Shown here one piece after another: positions 38,639 to 38,737 of a DNA stretch of 38,737 nucleotides; within the stretch, counting starts at the first letter, position 1; every line of letters starts with the position of its first letter. The notes under the pieces were generated by a model. That model was not told the DNA's origin. It ran no database searches and was given only the letters and a program-made list of their open reading frames with translations. This stretch comes from a virus, in the IMG/VR virus record IMGVR_UViG_3300029230_000021; one strand, written 5' to 3'. The position numbers were made by a program, and so were the translations under genes.

Positions 38639-38737
38639 CCCTGAATTTCATCCGTCCAGTTCCTGACCTCCGGCCAGTTGGACGCCATCACGCAGAGCGT
38701 GGAATAAACGCCTTGCCACATCGAACGGCGGATATCT
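38639..38737. repeat. Terminal overlap copy 2 (identical to 1..99)
   Basis: Same 99-nt string as 1..99. Confidence 0.95.

Larger units (their letters stand above)
1..38737. mobile_element. Complete circularised temperate phage/prophage genome (unit 38,638 bp) with lysogeny, early/replication, packaging, head, tail, lysis and accessory modules
   Basis: Exact 99-nt end overlap. A full set of phage modules is present, including integrase plus attP and terminase through endolysin. One ORF reads across the junction. Confidence 0.9.

Overview
The window is one complete, circularly closed genome: the first 99 nt are identical to the last 99 nt, giving a unit length of 38,638 bp. It is a temperate siphovirus-type dsDNA phage or prophage. 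The host looks like a fairly GC-rich Firmicute (GGAGG ribosome-binding sites, an XhlA/holin/NlpC-P60 lysis cassette, A118/SPP1-like head, neck and tail genes). The plus strand carries the lysogeny block (999-4584): a wHTH-like protein, an XRE repressor, a lipoprotein, a membrane-anchored XRE protein and a zinc-ribbon tyrosine integrase. It is followed by an attP whose core copies the 3' end of a tRNA-Ala-type gene (4724-4757). Nearly everything else is on the minus strand. The early operon starts at a Cro-like gene (744) and runs across the contig junction. It contains an Xis-like gene, two tandem-repeat (solenoid-like) proteins, Gp157, ERF, SSB, a replisome organiser, a G39P-like loader, a RuvC-like resolvase, a methyltransferase, dUTPase and a RinA-like activator. 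The late genes follow: TerL, portal, a MuF-toxin fusion with a candidate immunity gene, tRNA-Gln, scaffold, a capsid with an Ig-like tag, neck, tail, tape measure, fibres and lysis. The most unusual content, in order of interest: (1) a six-gene orphan island (4896-7868) between the lysis cassette and attP, made of a sigma-region-4-like regulator, a strong terminator and five proteins of extreme composition; (2) two early proteins built from near-perfect 24-nt and 27-nt tandem DNA repeats; (3) a MuF head protein with a C-terminal nuclease-toxin-like domain and an overlapping small ORF; (4) a tRNA-like element that truncates a ParB-like gene in front of terL, plus other decayed genes and two candidate +1 frame breaks. 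All functional calls come from reading the translations by eye. No database search was run.
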